DNA of 64,000 nucleotides, from positions 434,001 to 498,000 of the forward strand of contig QPGO01000021.1 of NCBI GenBank assembly GCA_008632985.1, in the 5' to 3' direction. This document shows, piece by piece, positions 12,499-23,598 of this stretch (positions are counted from its first letter, which is position 1; each line of letters starts with the position of its first letter). This stretch comes from Psammoneis japonica (Eukaryota). A program made the translations under genes and the position numbers. The notes under the pieces were generated by a model, which had not been told where the DNA came from, ran no database searches, and saw nothing but the letters and a program-made list of their open reading frames with translations.

Positions 12499-14528
12499 TC
12501 AAATGGAAGGATCGGTGGTGGTGGATCGTACATTGGACCGGCAGAGGATCTTCTGAGTGATGGCGATGCACTGCAAGCCGTTGGGCACCTTGACAGAGCG
12601 ATCGTTGACATCGTGTTTGTGCCATTCGAGCTGGCCACAGGAATGAATGGTCTTGCCCTTTCCCGTGTGTGCGCGCTGGTGGAGGATGGCGATGACGGGA
12701 CCATGCTGTGTCTCTATGACAGCACCAGTGGTGACAATGGGGATGTCCACCAATTGATGGTCGTCAACACCCTGAACGTCGACTTGGCGAGAGGTGTGTG
12801 CAATGACGCGAACGTCGTCACCAGCAATGCCGCCGTTGGCTCCACGATCAACTAGAGCACCAGTGCATGTGGAGCGATGAGCAGAGGCAGAGCAAATGAC
12901 ATTGTGGTTGTCAACGCGGCGGCAAGTGCGGCCGTTAAGTTCCATGTCATCTGGAGGAGCAGGCGAGGCAGAGGGAGCGGCGGATGGGCCCGGTCGACTG
13001 GCTTTGGGGGCTTGGTTAGGAGACAACAGGCGTTGCAGATCACCGGGTGGTGGTGGCTTGTGCTTGGTGAGATGCGCTAGAATGGGATTGTCTGAAGTGG
13101 CACCCACATTCGGAGCGGGATCACCAGAGTCAGCAAGAGTCATGGCGGACAAGTTGACATCACCGTCACTCCCAAGTCGTTGGTCGTGAAGGTTGACCGC
13201 AACGGACTCATGGCAGTTGCCGGCTCGTGGGTTGCAAGGAGGCGGCCGAGAATGCCCAAGGATGATCGCCTTGGAGGAATTGGGCAACGAATCCCAAATC
13301 CGTTGGTGGTCGGGAGGGAGACGTTTCCATTGGTTGCCGGTGAGGCTGGGACCGCGGGTGCAGGCAGCGTTGGCCTGAAGGACGTCAATGTTGCTGTCGA
13401 TGTCACAGAACACATCATCGGATGGTTCCTCGGAGCAGACGTCATGTGCGTGTGTGACGCGGCAGGGAGCTTGAGGTGTCGTCTTGGGTTGAAATGTGCT
13501 GTCGCATTGAGCCGCCGCGGAGAGGAGCAAGCCACAACACTCTTGCCACTCTGCGTGCGATGTTGATCAGCTTGGTTCTTGACGGCGAGGAGTTCCTCGA
13601 CAGGATGTGCGGCATTCTCGAGCATGACGCGCTTCTGTCCTTCAGAGAAGTGGTCACTGGCTGGGATGAGTGCCTCGCATTTGCGCAACTGATCCTGCCA
13701 ATGAAGGATGAACCCGTGGGTCGGACCTTTCCAAGTGCCATCACCAAGGCGTGTGGTGGTGAGGTGCGTGAGCAAGGTGGAGGACTCGATGGATGCGTGG
13801 GTGGAGGCAAGTGCATGCTCGGACAAGGCGCGGCAGATGGTCTGGGCATCAGAAGACCCCACATTTTTGTGAATGAGAGCCTTGCCCTTGTCGGTGAGAA
13901 GGATGCGTTCAAAGACAGCGAACATGCACTTTTGCTGTTCAGCAAAGAGCAGTTTGTCTTCGGGGCTGGTCGGTTTGTACGACGAGTCTAGAATGCACTC
14001 GACGTCTTGGGCACGGGCTCATGCCACAAGTGAGGTGTGCCAAGTGTGCCACTGCTTGTCGGATTTGAGAGCCGTGAAAGCATTGGGGTCATGCTTGATG
14101 CCTTGCTTGAAGTCTCGCACTGGGTCGCGTGCCTTGGTCAGGATGGTGACATGCGGGGGTGCAAGAGGTGAGCTGCCGACGGACACAGAAGACATGCAGT
14201 CGGGGCTGAGGCGGTGGGAAAGGAACTCATCATGCGTGAACAATGAGGAGTCATTGGCAACATCAAGGCCTTTGTGTGTTTTGACAATGTACAGACTAAC
14301 TGGAGCTGCCAACATGTTCTCACAACCTTGGGGCAATGGGATCACATTGGTGCCGTTGTCACACTCAAGCGAGTCGATTTGGGAAGGCATGAACGTGAAC
14401 AGTTCTTGGCGCGAGTCCATGCCGTCATGGGTCAAAGCCAAACAAAGAGGGCTTCCAGCACCTTGGGCAAGCATGGTTCCAACAACGTGCTCGAAACCAT
14501 TGGTTTGTTGCTGACGAGTGAGAACCAT
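12499..14528 (-). pseudogene. Copia gag-protease remnant
   Basis: FKQGIKHDPNAF..KQW..W, A*ARAQDV (internal stop 14019-14021), MFAVFERILLTDKGKAL, FILHWQDQLR, MLENA; frameshift near 13530; protease LVDRGANGGIAGDDVRV and TIHSCGQLEW. Confidence 0.88.
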
Positions 14529-15482
14529 GGCAGACAAAAAACGGTGTCAGGGCAAGTGATTCTTGTCAGGACGTGGAGGTGGACTTGAAACTTGAGTGGG
14601 AATGGACTTGACTTGAAATGGACTTGACTTGAAATCTTGAACTGTCTTAAAATCAGAAGTTGCCGGGTTGTGCTGTCCCATTCATTGTCAAGTGCTAAAC
14701 TTCCCATCCGGTCCGCAGAGTTGTGCCGGCACGTCCGAACCCACAGCCAGCGGCGCTTTGGGTTGCTTGCGAGCAGAGCAGTGGGTTGTAAACCCCTGCA
14801 GGCAAGCTGACTGGAGGTGGACAAGACCCCCGAACCGTTCTCATTTTATGTCAGTTGGATTTCCCGATCAGGCTGGCCAGTTGACGCAGGCGTTGGGCGC
14901 TGTGGACGAACGAACAAACGCGGGAAAACACCCTCGCCCCAACGCAGGCTGCAATCACGGCCACTTGCTCTCACAGTCGTCCTCGTGGACCTGGCAGAAC
15001 TGCAGAGCACCAGCAGTCCGGGGCAGATCAGGTGCAAGAGACTCGGTGTGCCTGTAGAGTGGTGGCAAAGCCGCAGTCCAAAGAGTGGGTTCAAGTTCTT
15101 GGCCGTGAAGACACACACACACATGTCTTCAGCGACGAAGATCTTCGAATGTGTGGGGCTCTTGACCATTGACCGTTGAATGGGTGTGTCAAGGGATGAG
15201 GATCAAGGACAGACTTGGACACAACCGTTGAATGTGTGTCTTCAGCGACAAAAGGCAGCACAATCAATCCAGACATCCAGCGGTGAGGAGAGTTGACGGT
15301 GACGTTAAATTCCTGCCAATGCCTGGCATTGAATGCGCGTCCCGCAGACTTGCCGATGCACACATGGGGCACATGCGGAGGTCCACGCAGAATTGAAACA
15401 GCATCGTCGGCAAATCAACGACGACAATGGCGGTTGCTCAATGGGTTGACAATGAGCAAGACTGTCAATCTTTTTTTTTTTC

Positions 15483-15649
15483 AGTCGGTGCAATCGGGCC
15501 ACTGTTGTTGTTCTTGTGAGCCGTGTGGCTCGAAAGCAAACTACATCGCGCGCACACGCGCAGAACTGAAGAGCACACAAAACTGTGTGCGGCAAACTAA
15601 ACAGCGCACAACATTTCGCGCACACCTGAATCCTGTTCAAATCCTGTCA
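15483..15649 (-). repeat. 5' LTR, truncated after 167 bp and followed (minus strand) by A11
   Basis: Aligns to 11248-11414; T11 at 15471-15481; the part equivalent to 11137-11247 is absent. Confidence 0.9.
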
Positions 15650-15654
15650 GCAAG

Positions 15655-18600
15655 CGCAAGAGCAACGATGCATGCAATCAATTCATTCCATCCTCAGCTG
15701 TCTGCTCCAATTTGGGTGGTCCAGGAAGCACGTCATTGGCTCTGGGTGTGTCAGGCACCATGGTGTTGGATGAGGGTGTTCTGCGGGAGTGTGTGGTGGG
15801 GGAGGTGCGCGAAGCGTGCTTGGTGATGGGGAGAAAAAGGGTGGGCCAAAAGTGCAGACAGACGGTCGGGATGAAGAGTTGTCAGTGAGAACAGGATGGT
15901 GGATGAGTTGATCTTGGCATGAGGAGAGATGATGAGAGAGGGTGCAGCTGAAGTTGAGGCTGAGGATTTGAGAAGCCCAAAGTTGAGGTGCAGTGGTGTG
16001 GTGGGAGGAGCCAAAACGGTCAGGAGAAAGTTGTTTCCAGGCCAAGTTGGAGTGGACGAGGACATTGGAAGGGGCAAGCAGTGAGTTGGTGAAGGCGAAA
16101 AAGGGCGCTTGGGAGTTGGAAAGGGTGGGTGGGCTTGTCCAAGGTGGCTTGGGTGGGAGGGGTGGGGTGGAGGCGGATGTTGAAGCAGAAGTGCCAAAGA
16201 AGAAGATGTGAAAATGACACCCGATTCCGCCAAGATGGTCAAAGGTGAAGGGGAGAACTGGGGATCACACACTCAAGTTTGAGAATGCAGCAAATGGAAG
16301 ATGGCTAGACTCTTAGTGTGTTTTCTGCACACAACAAATGCGGGCACTTGCCCATCGTCGTGTGTCATTCTGAGTCACGAATGGTGATTCGTGGGCAAAA
16401 AAGGTCTGAAATCTGTCCTTTTGAGAATGAAACAACACGGTGAAGTGCGGGTCACCATGGTGCTCTTTGAACACCAACATGTCAAAATTCAATGGGGCAC
16501 ACGACTGCGTCTCGACCGCAATTAAGCTCAGCAGATAAACTTGTGCTTGCACAGCCATGAGACGCTTTCATGCGCCCCATTAGATTTTGAGATTGTGGCA
16601 TTCAAAGAGCGCCATGGAGCTGACGGTTTTTTGATGTTTTTGTGTCAGCAATGATTTCCCTGTAGAAACCCAGCACAATCGCATGCGGGTCATTTCAGAA
16701 ATCTCTTGGATGCAAATTTAACATTTCTCAACAGCAGTTGATGCAATGTGCGGCACAATCAAGAAAATGCCAAAAAAGACTGACCCCACCAAAGCTGCGG
16801 CATGCACTGCCATGTGTTGTGCAAAGGAGGGGAAGTCTCTTTGTCTTGCAAAGGTCAGCCAAGACGTGAACGAGAAACATTTTGGAAATCAACAGAATTG
16901 TGGCGGACACAATGAGCCAAACCACGTGCACTGCTGATGAGCCTTGGTTGCCTCCACCATTTTGAGAATGGCCAATGTAAAGAAAGGCAACTGCTCTGGC
17001 TCCAAAAACAATGAGCAGCCAACCAAGGCTTCATTGGATGAGTTGCAATGAGCGGGAAGTCGTGAGAACTGGCATCTTTTTGTTTGGCATCATGGCTCAG
17101 CACAAGTTTTGGTCTGCTGCCGAATTTGTGACAAGCGGGAAGACACAAGAATTGGCACTGTTGTTCAGCACTAGTTTGGCACTGTTTGCCAGCACAAGTT
17201 TTGTGCCATCTGCAATTTGTGAAACTTCATCCTTGTCCAGCTGCAGGAGTGAACCTGGTGCATTGTCCCTGGGACTCGCCGTCATGACCTTCCATTGCAG
17301 AATTGTTGCTGTGGGTGAACTCAAGGCCAGCCAAGTCGGCATCAGCAGCACCGCCAAACCAACAGTCTTTGCGAATGGATGCCATGTTCCCATCATTGTT
17401 GATGGGAGTGCCGTGCCACGTTCCCCAATGCCGCTGCTGACAGCATTCTCATCACAATGCTTGCAATGTGTGCGAGGCTGCACAAGATTTTGATTGCATG
17501 TGCGGTCACCGTGCAAGATGTTGCAAAGATGGGTTCCAGTCCTGGGTGGGACTCCGTGTGACATTGGGCCCGCAGAATTCCATGTGCAAGCTCCTCAGCA
17601 AATTTGCTCTGCAATGAAAATGCAAATGATTGCCAACAGAAAAAGAGGCAATTTTACGAACGCATCTCCTCCTCCACACTTGAAGCACATCATTGACAGT
17701 TTGCATGGGCATGTTCTTCAGACATCAAAGAACACACCCAGCACATTTTCATTCTCACAAATGTTGAAAATAGAAAGCCTTTGGCTTGGCAAAACAGGGA
17801 GCATGAAACACAATTTCGGAGAACACAACACATAGAAATGCACATGCGCAACATGCAATGCAATCCAAAAAACCATTGATGTCACAGTGCAGCAGTGCGA
17901 AGTCCCACCCAGAGCTGGAGCGCATCCAAACACAGAACAACACACAATGAGGTGCGGTCTGTCCAACCTCACATTGCTCCCAGACTTCAGTGCGTCATCC
18001 CTGCAAGGGGAGAAGGAAGAGTCTGGCTTGGTTGATGGCGTCGATGATGTCAGAGTTGGGAGCGGATGGTGCAGAGCAACCGAGCAGCTTGATGGACCAG
18101 CTGCGCTCTCATGGTTTGGCCGGCCAAGTGGCTTGCCTCGCAGGGAGGGACCCGGAGAGGTGTCTCGCAGTCACATGAAAGGTGCACGTCAACCAGGCAT
18201 TGTGTGCCAATCAGGGCCTTGAAGTTTGAGTTGTTTTTTGGAATTTTTTGAAAAAATGGGACCTCGTTGGTCTGTGAAAGGAGGAGCAAACGGAGCGTGA
18301 TTTTTCAAACCGGATGGATGGGTCTGACTTTTGTGGACCAAGTGCAACACATGAAGATGGATGAGGAAACAATGGTTTCAGGGTTCTGTCTGTGCTGCGA
18401 TGCATGGAACACCGATCATGAAGTTGAGACCAAAATTCAGAAAAAGAGCTCATGACACACCACACAATTGCATGAAAGCACAAAGGTCTCCAAAATGGTT
18501 CTGCAGATTTTGTTGTCATTCGCTCATGTTGTGCAGCTGAGTAAAAGAGGTGTTTTGGAAACAAGAAAAGTGGGGGGATTCTGACTCGTTTTCGAGATAA

Positions 18601-21480
18601 AAGGCACCAAAGTTGTTAAAAAAAACAGCACGAATGACGTCACTGCCTGCAAAAGTGTTCTTTGACGAGAACGCATGTGAGGAGTTGCAAATGTTGTTCG
18701 TGAACATAAAAGTGTGATTGTGTGACGCCAAGTTCGCCAATCGTGTTTTTGAAGGGCCACACGACAGCATTGTGATGATTGTGACCCAGTCATGCTGTAG
18801 AATGATGCAAATGATCACATCATGTCATGACACATCATGTGACATCGACATGTTGCCTTTGTTTTGACATGGCCAATTGCACAGCAATTTGTCATTGCGA
18901 CAAATGAAAGAGCATTTCGTTGGTTCTTTTCCTTTGACAAAAATGTCGCAAATCTCAGGAAGAGTTTTCTGATTGGCCAAAACACTTGGGGACAATGCCC
19001 TCTGACAAAACATCACACAAGCCCCACAAAACAATCACTTGAGCCCCTTAAAACTGACACAGCACCCATCTGCCTGTGCATGTGTTGTGATTGCAATCAT
19101 CACAGTCCCTGCCACTGTGATCGCACCAGCCAAAGACAAAACAATGACAGGCGACGGGATGCCTGCAGCCAATGGCACAAACATTGGAGTCCTCATCACT
19201 TTGTCAGAAGCAAAGCCTGAGATGTCAAGATTGAGAAGCAGTCCTCCGGCCAGTGCATCGAAAATGCAGCACACAGAAAAAGAGTTTTGTGCTTGCACAC
19301 CATGACCATGCTTTGTGCAGTTTGTTCCCTTGCCATTTTGTTCTGTCATGATTTTCAGTGCCTCACCATGAATCATCTGTGTGTGGTTTTAAATTGTACA
19401 GCAGGTTCTCTGCTGCTCTGCATTGCCAGAAACTCCTTCACAAAACATGGCCCACTTCCATGCACACGCTCCATGCTTGTGTGTTGCTTCAGCACCTTGC
19501 TCAAATCATCAGCTTGTCCAGTGCATGCAAAACTTTGATGACAAGCACAAGACAGAAACACAGCAAAACAACAAAACTCTTTTGCAGGGGTGCAGCTGGT
19601 GCATCTGGGGAGCAAAGCCAATTGGCGTGCTTTTTGCAACCTCGGCAGGGTGCCCTTGCCTTTTGCCTTTGCAGTGCCTTTTTTCTCTTCTTCTGATCCA
19701 GTGCTCCTGTTCCCTTTTTTCAAGATCATGCACATGACCCAACTTTGAGTTGTCTCCAGTGACTTTGCTCACCCCAGTTTGTGGCACGACCCCTGCTCTC
19801 ACTTGCAAACCCAGCCCTGCTGGCAGCTGGAAATGAGCTTTCTTGTTGTTTTTCTTCATGCACAAAAACAGCTCAGCAGCAGCTTCACTTCAAGCAAGAG
19901 ATCTGCTTTTGGCAACTGCCATCTGGCTTTGTTGGGTTCTTGTGACTGCAGCTCTTTCAAAGAGCAAGCTGGTGTGTCTGGGTTGCCACCTGGCGCTGCC
20001 CCCCAAGCTGCAGCTGCTGTCCACACAGCACACTCGCACCACAGCACAAGCTGGGTGAAGGAAAATCCTTGAGAAACTGGCCATTTCATGTGAAAACTGC
20101 ATTTGGAGGAGTTTGCTCTCAGCTGCTTGGATGTCAAAATTGAGCCCATTGCAAAACAAACAACCAGCTTGTCCTGGCGAGTGGACCAAGCTGGGACTTC
20201 TCTTCCACCCCAGTGAGGCCCCCCTCTTTGCTTTTCATTTCACATTGCTTTCAACACAAGAGTCTTTGTGACTTGATTTCACCTTTTAACACAGCACAAC
20301 TTGCGTGGCACTTGAGCTTTCTTTCACAAAACTTGCAATTCATGCCAACCATGGAGCTGTCTGAGAATGCAAATCTTTTGTTTTTCCAACAGCAAAACCT
20401 GTGTTTGCTGCAGCAGGTGCCTTGCTGCTGTGTCTTCTGTGCACCAGTGCACCATTTCTTGTCCCATCTGCTCTCTTGCCCCCTTGACTTCAAGCTGCTG
20501 CACGCCACAACTCAGGTTGCACCAAATGTCCCAGATCTCCAGGAGGCACGATGGTGCTGCAGCTGGCACTTGCCTGTTGGGCCCTTCTTCTTTCTGATTT
20601 TGTCAACAGCCAGCCAGAGTGCCAACACTCAACATTTGCCGCACCACCGCAACAAGCCTGTCACCTTGCTCTGCTGCCCCCCCTCCTTGCCCACATCATC
20701 CATCATCCCATCACCTCTTTCCATCAATCATGTGCCCGCCCACCCAGCACCACCTTTCCTCCTTCTGTGGCCACCCAAGTCTGCGCGCAACTTGTCCCGT
20801 GTGCTGCTGAGGTGAGCCTTGTTTGGGGGGGGGGGTCATCCCCACGTTTGTCCCAAAATTGCCACTGCACTTGAATGAGGTTTTTTGTGGTGTTCATTTT
20901 TGAACACAAGAATCATGCATGGTCACACCCGATCGTGCACGAAAACGAGAACCATCAGCACCGCAATCGAAGCACGACAATGATGACAATCATCGACATT
21001 TCTCAAAAACGAAGTTTGCCGTCTGCCAACTTTTCATGTGTGTGCAATCTTTGACACGAGTTGGCAGACGGACCACCTCCGACACAGACTCATGGCTTGT
21101 TGTTTTCACCACGGTGAAGCGCGGTGAAATTCACAAAAAATCATGCAAAACACGAGTTGTTCGGCCAAATTCGAGCCAAAAAAGCAGCAACCGACCACCC
21201 TTGATGGGTTTTTGGAGATGCCTGTCCCGTTGAAAAATTTTGCGAACTTTTTTTTGCACATGCAAAATCTCAAGAATGAAAGACAAAATCGAAAATCGGC
21301 TTTCGTCACGCCACACAGGACACTCTGCTGTGTGGCGTGATGAAACCCGATTTTTGAGTTTCGTCATGGTGAGACCCCCAGAGCCCGTGCAAATTAGTGA
21401 CAACTTTTTGTCCTCAAGCATTTGCACAATGTGCAAGTTTGCACGAACATTGCGAGCTCCAAGAGAGAAATGTCGTTACA
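15655..21480. other. Decayed TpA-depleted mosaic of unidentified elements and gene fragments
   Basis: TA nearly absent; 17500-17930 is homologous to 33830-34250; a protein-like hydrophobic ORF at 19035-19376 (-); non-coding A/T-tract-rich stretches near 16300-16720, 18230-18960 and 20900-21500 resemble transposon ends. Confidence 0.55.
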
Positions 21481-21731
21481 TGCATGTCGATGCCGCAATG
21501 TGCACATTCTGGCTAGAACATAAAAAATCTATCGCCAATCAACAAGCGACAGTCATTGTCACTTAGGAAATCCCAATGCTTTCAGAGAAGGTCAAAGCGT
21601 CCCAGAGATGTCCATTCGACATGAGACACAATTCGTCTTGAAGAGCTCTTTACGAGCTTTCTCTTGATATATAGGTTATGGGGTCTATGAGGACATCCTG
21701 AAAAAAAGTTCGCAAAATTTTTCACCGGGAC
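21224..21731. repeat. 31-bp inverted repeat pair (MITE-like or subterminal repeats of a DNA transposon)
   Basis: GTCCCGTTGAAAAATTTTGCGAACTTTTTTT (21224-21254) vs reverse complement of 21701-21731: 1 mismatch. No clear TSD. Confidence 0.7.
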
Positions 21732-22042
21732 GTAGGCAAACACCAGGTGCAGGAGGCATCTAATAAATAGAGCATGATGTCACCTTCTCATCCATGTCAC
21801 CGCTTCGTCACGTATTCATTGCCCCTTAAACTTGTGCCTTAAATATGTCAGCATCAATTCCGGACAAACTTCAACGTTCTCCGACGCCCTCGAATCTTCC
21901 ATCAGCCATCATCAGCAACGATCATCACCACGACATGATTGTTCTTTGGTTGTTGTCTTTTGACTCGAAGGGTCTATTACCACAACATTGTCGATTGTAG
22001 GTCCCAAAGGCGTGTGCACCGCTCAAGTGTGCTGCTCAAGTC

Positions 22043-23598
22043 ATGTTGATTGGTGGGAAAGCATTGTTTCTGCGCAAGCCGCTGTTGACATCTCGAAGCT
22101 TCGCGTCCCCTACCATCGCCAGTTGCCGTTTCAAGATGATTGGTCGGAAATCATTGTTTATGCGCAGACCACTATTGACGTCTCGTGGCTTTGCCTCTAC
22201 TAGTGCCACCACTATTCGCAGAATTGAGGATGCAAAGGACGAGCCCAAGCCCGTGTTCTACGTGCCACGAGCAGAACGATCCAGCCGCGCGGTATTTTCT
22301 TTGGATGCAAGGATGGGAGAGGAGAGACTTACAAGAACAGATCGTCTCTGTCCTACTCGTGAGCTGAATTACACGCCAGCACACTGGAAACGACACAAGA
22401 ATCCCTTTCGACGACTTCGACACGTAAGTAACAATTTCATGTTCTTTTTCGAAAGTTTTCTGTATTCATCTTTCTTTTTTACGGGAACCATCAGGTATCG
22501 TATATGCTATTGAGTAGTCCGTTTCAGCGACTATTGTTTCCAGATCTAACCATGGTCGCCCTAATTTCGGGAGCGCTAACGTATTACAACGAGTTTATCG
22601 CACCGGCGGAAACAATGGCATCCGTCTCTGCCGCTGGGTTTGGTGGGGCCACGACGGCAATTGGACTGTTGGCAGGTTTCCGTCTCAACACTAGCTATGG
22701 GCGTTACGAAGAGTGTCGCATATTCTGGGGAGACACAAATAATACTATTCGTGACCTAGCGAGAGAGACCATGATGTGGATGAAGGACAAGGACCAGCAG
22801 AGGCGTATGCTGAAGCTGTGCAAGGCTTACCCGGTGGCCCTTAACTTCCACCTAAATGCCAAGGGTGGTCACCACAATATCCAACGCACTGAAGGCGGTA
22901 GTGTAAATCTCACGGGTGACACTGCTTTCCATTTGGATACCACCTGTCCTGACAAAAAGACTCTGCACTCGTTTGACGACCGTATCCACGCTGAGTTCAA
23001 AGCCGAGCTCCGTGATATTTACATGGATGGCAAAGATGAGGAAGATTACCAACGCATCTGTAACGTAAAATACAAGGGCGGAAACACTCCATTAGAAATG
23101 CTTACGCTCATGGGGGAAACAATTTCGGGAAGCGTCGGGACGGTGGATCCTATTTATGTGCGAGAAATGGATGAACAATGCCAGCGTTTGTGTGCGGCCT
23201 TTGGAGCAAGTGAGCGTGTGTTGCGTACGCCCTTGCCCACCGGGTTCACCCGACACTCATCACGTTTACTACTCTTCTGGTCATCTGCGTTGCCATTCGC
23301 CCTATATCCTGCCATGGGACCCTTTGGAACCCTGCCAACTGCAGTTTTTACTTCATGGGCTATTCTAGGTATCGAAGGTAAGCTTCACACCTCCCATTCC
23401 TTTCGATAGATCCTTTGTTTCTCGTCTCACCCGTTTGAAAAACCTTGCCTACTAGATATTGGAGTGCAGCTCGAGGAACCTTTCGACATTTTACCGATGC
23501 GTCAGTACAGTGACGGAATGTTTGATGCGATCAATCAAGTGGAAAGAAATTTCACTCCATACATACCGCCATCGGTTGCAGGGAAGATACCACAGTAG
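22043..23598 (+). CDS. Bestrophin-like (UPF0187/bacterial-type) anion channel; 3 exons 22043-22423, 22495-23377, 23456-23598
   Basis: LLAGFRLNTSYGRYEECRIFWG, ERVLRTPLPTGFTRHSSR, spliced GIEDIGVQLEEPFDILP; GT-AG introns preserve the frame. Confidence 0.92.

Larger units (their letters stand above)
11137..15649 (-). mobile_element. Ty1/copia (CoDi-like) LTR retrotransposon, non-autonomous with internal deletions
   Basis: Termini TGACAG...CTGTCA; 5-bp TSD GCAAG at 11132-11136 and 15650-15654; polypurine tract (minus GGGGAG, 11415-11420); gag, protease (ALVDRGANGG) and RNase H tail (FGDNKSVV, NPADILSKHW) recognisable. Confidence 0.93.

Noticed and set aside
16683..16695. 13-bp match ATGCGGGTCATTT to the Ngaro repeat A
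   Set aside because: Does not extend; matches of this length are expected by chance in 64 kb.
6192..21480. Dozens of overlapping Cys/His/Gln-rich ORFs in the ORF track as novel small or metal-binding proteins
   Set aside because: Explained by loss of TAA/TAG and gain of TG/CA. They occur in all six frames, lack Tyr and have no motifs. The same applies to 32.3-35, 43.2-48.3 and 53.9-56.1 kb.
1..21480. Classical fungal RIP or simple CpG methylation decay as the sole explanation
   Set aside because: RIP increases TpA; CpG decay cannot turn Tyr codons into Cys/His; the Ngaro element retains abundant CpG while lacking TpA.
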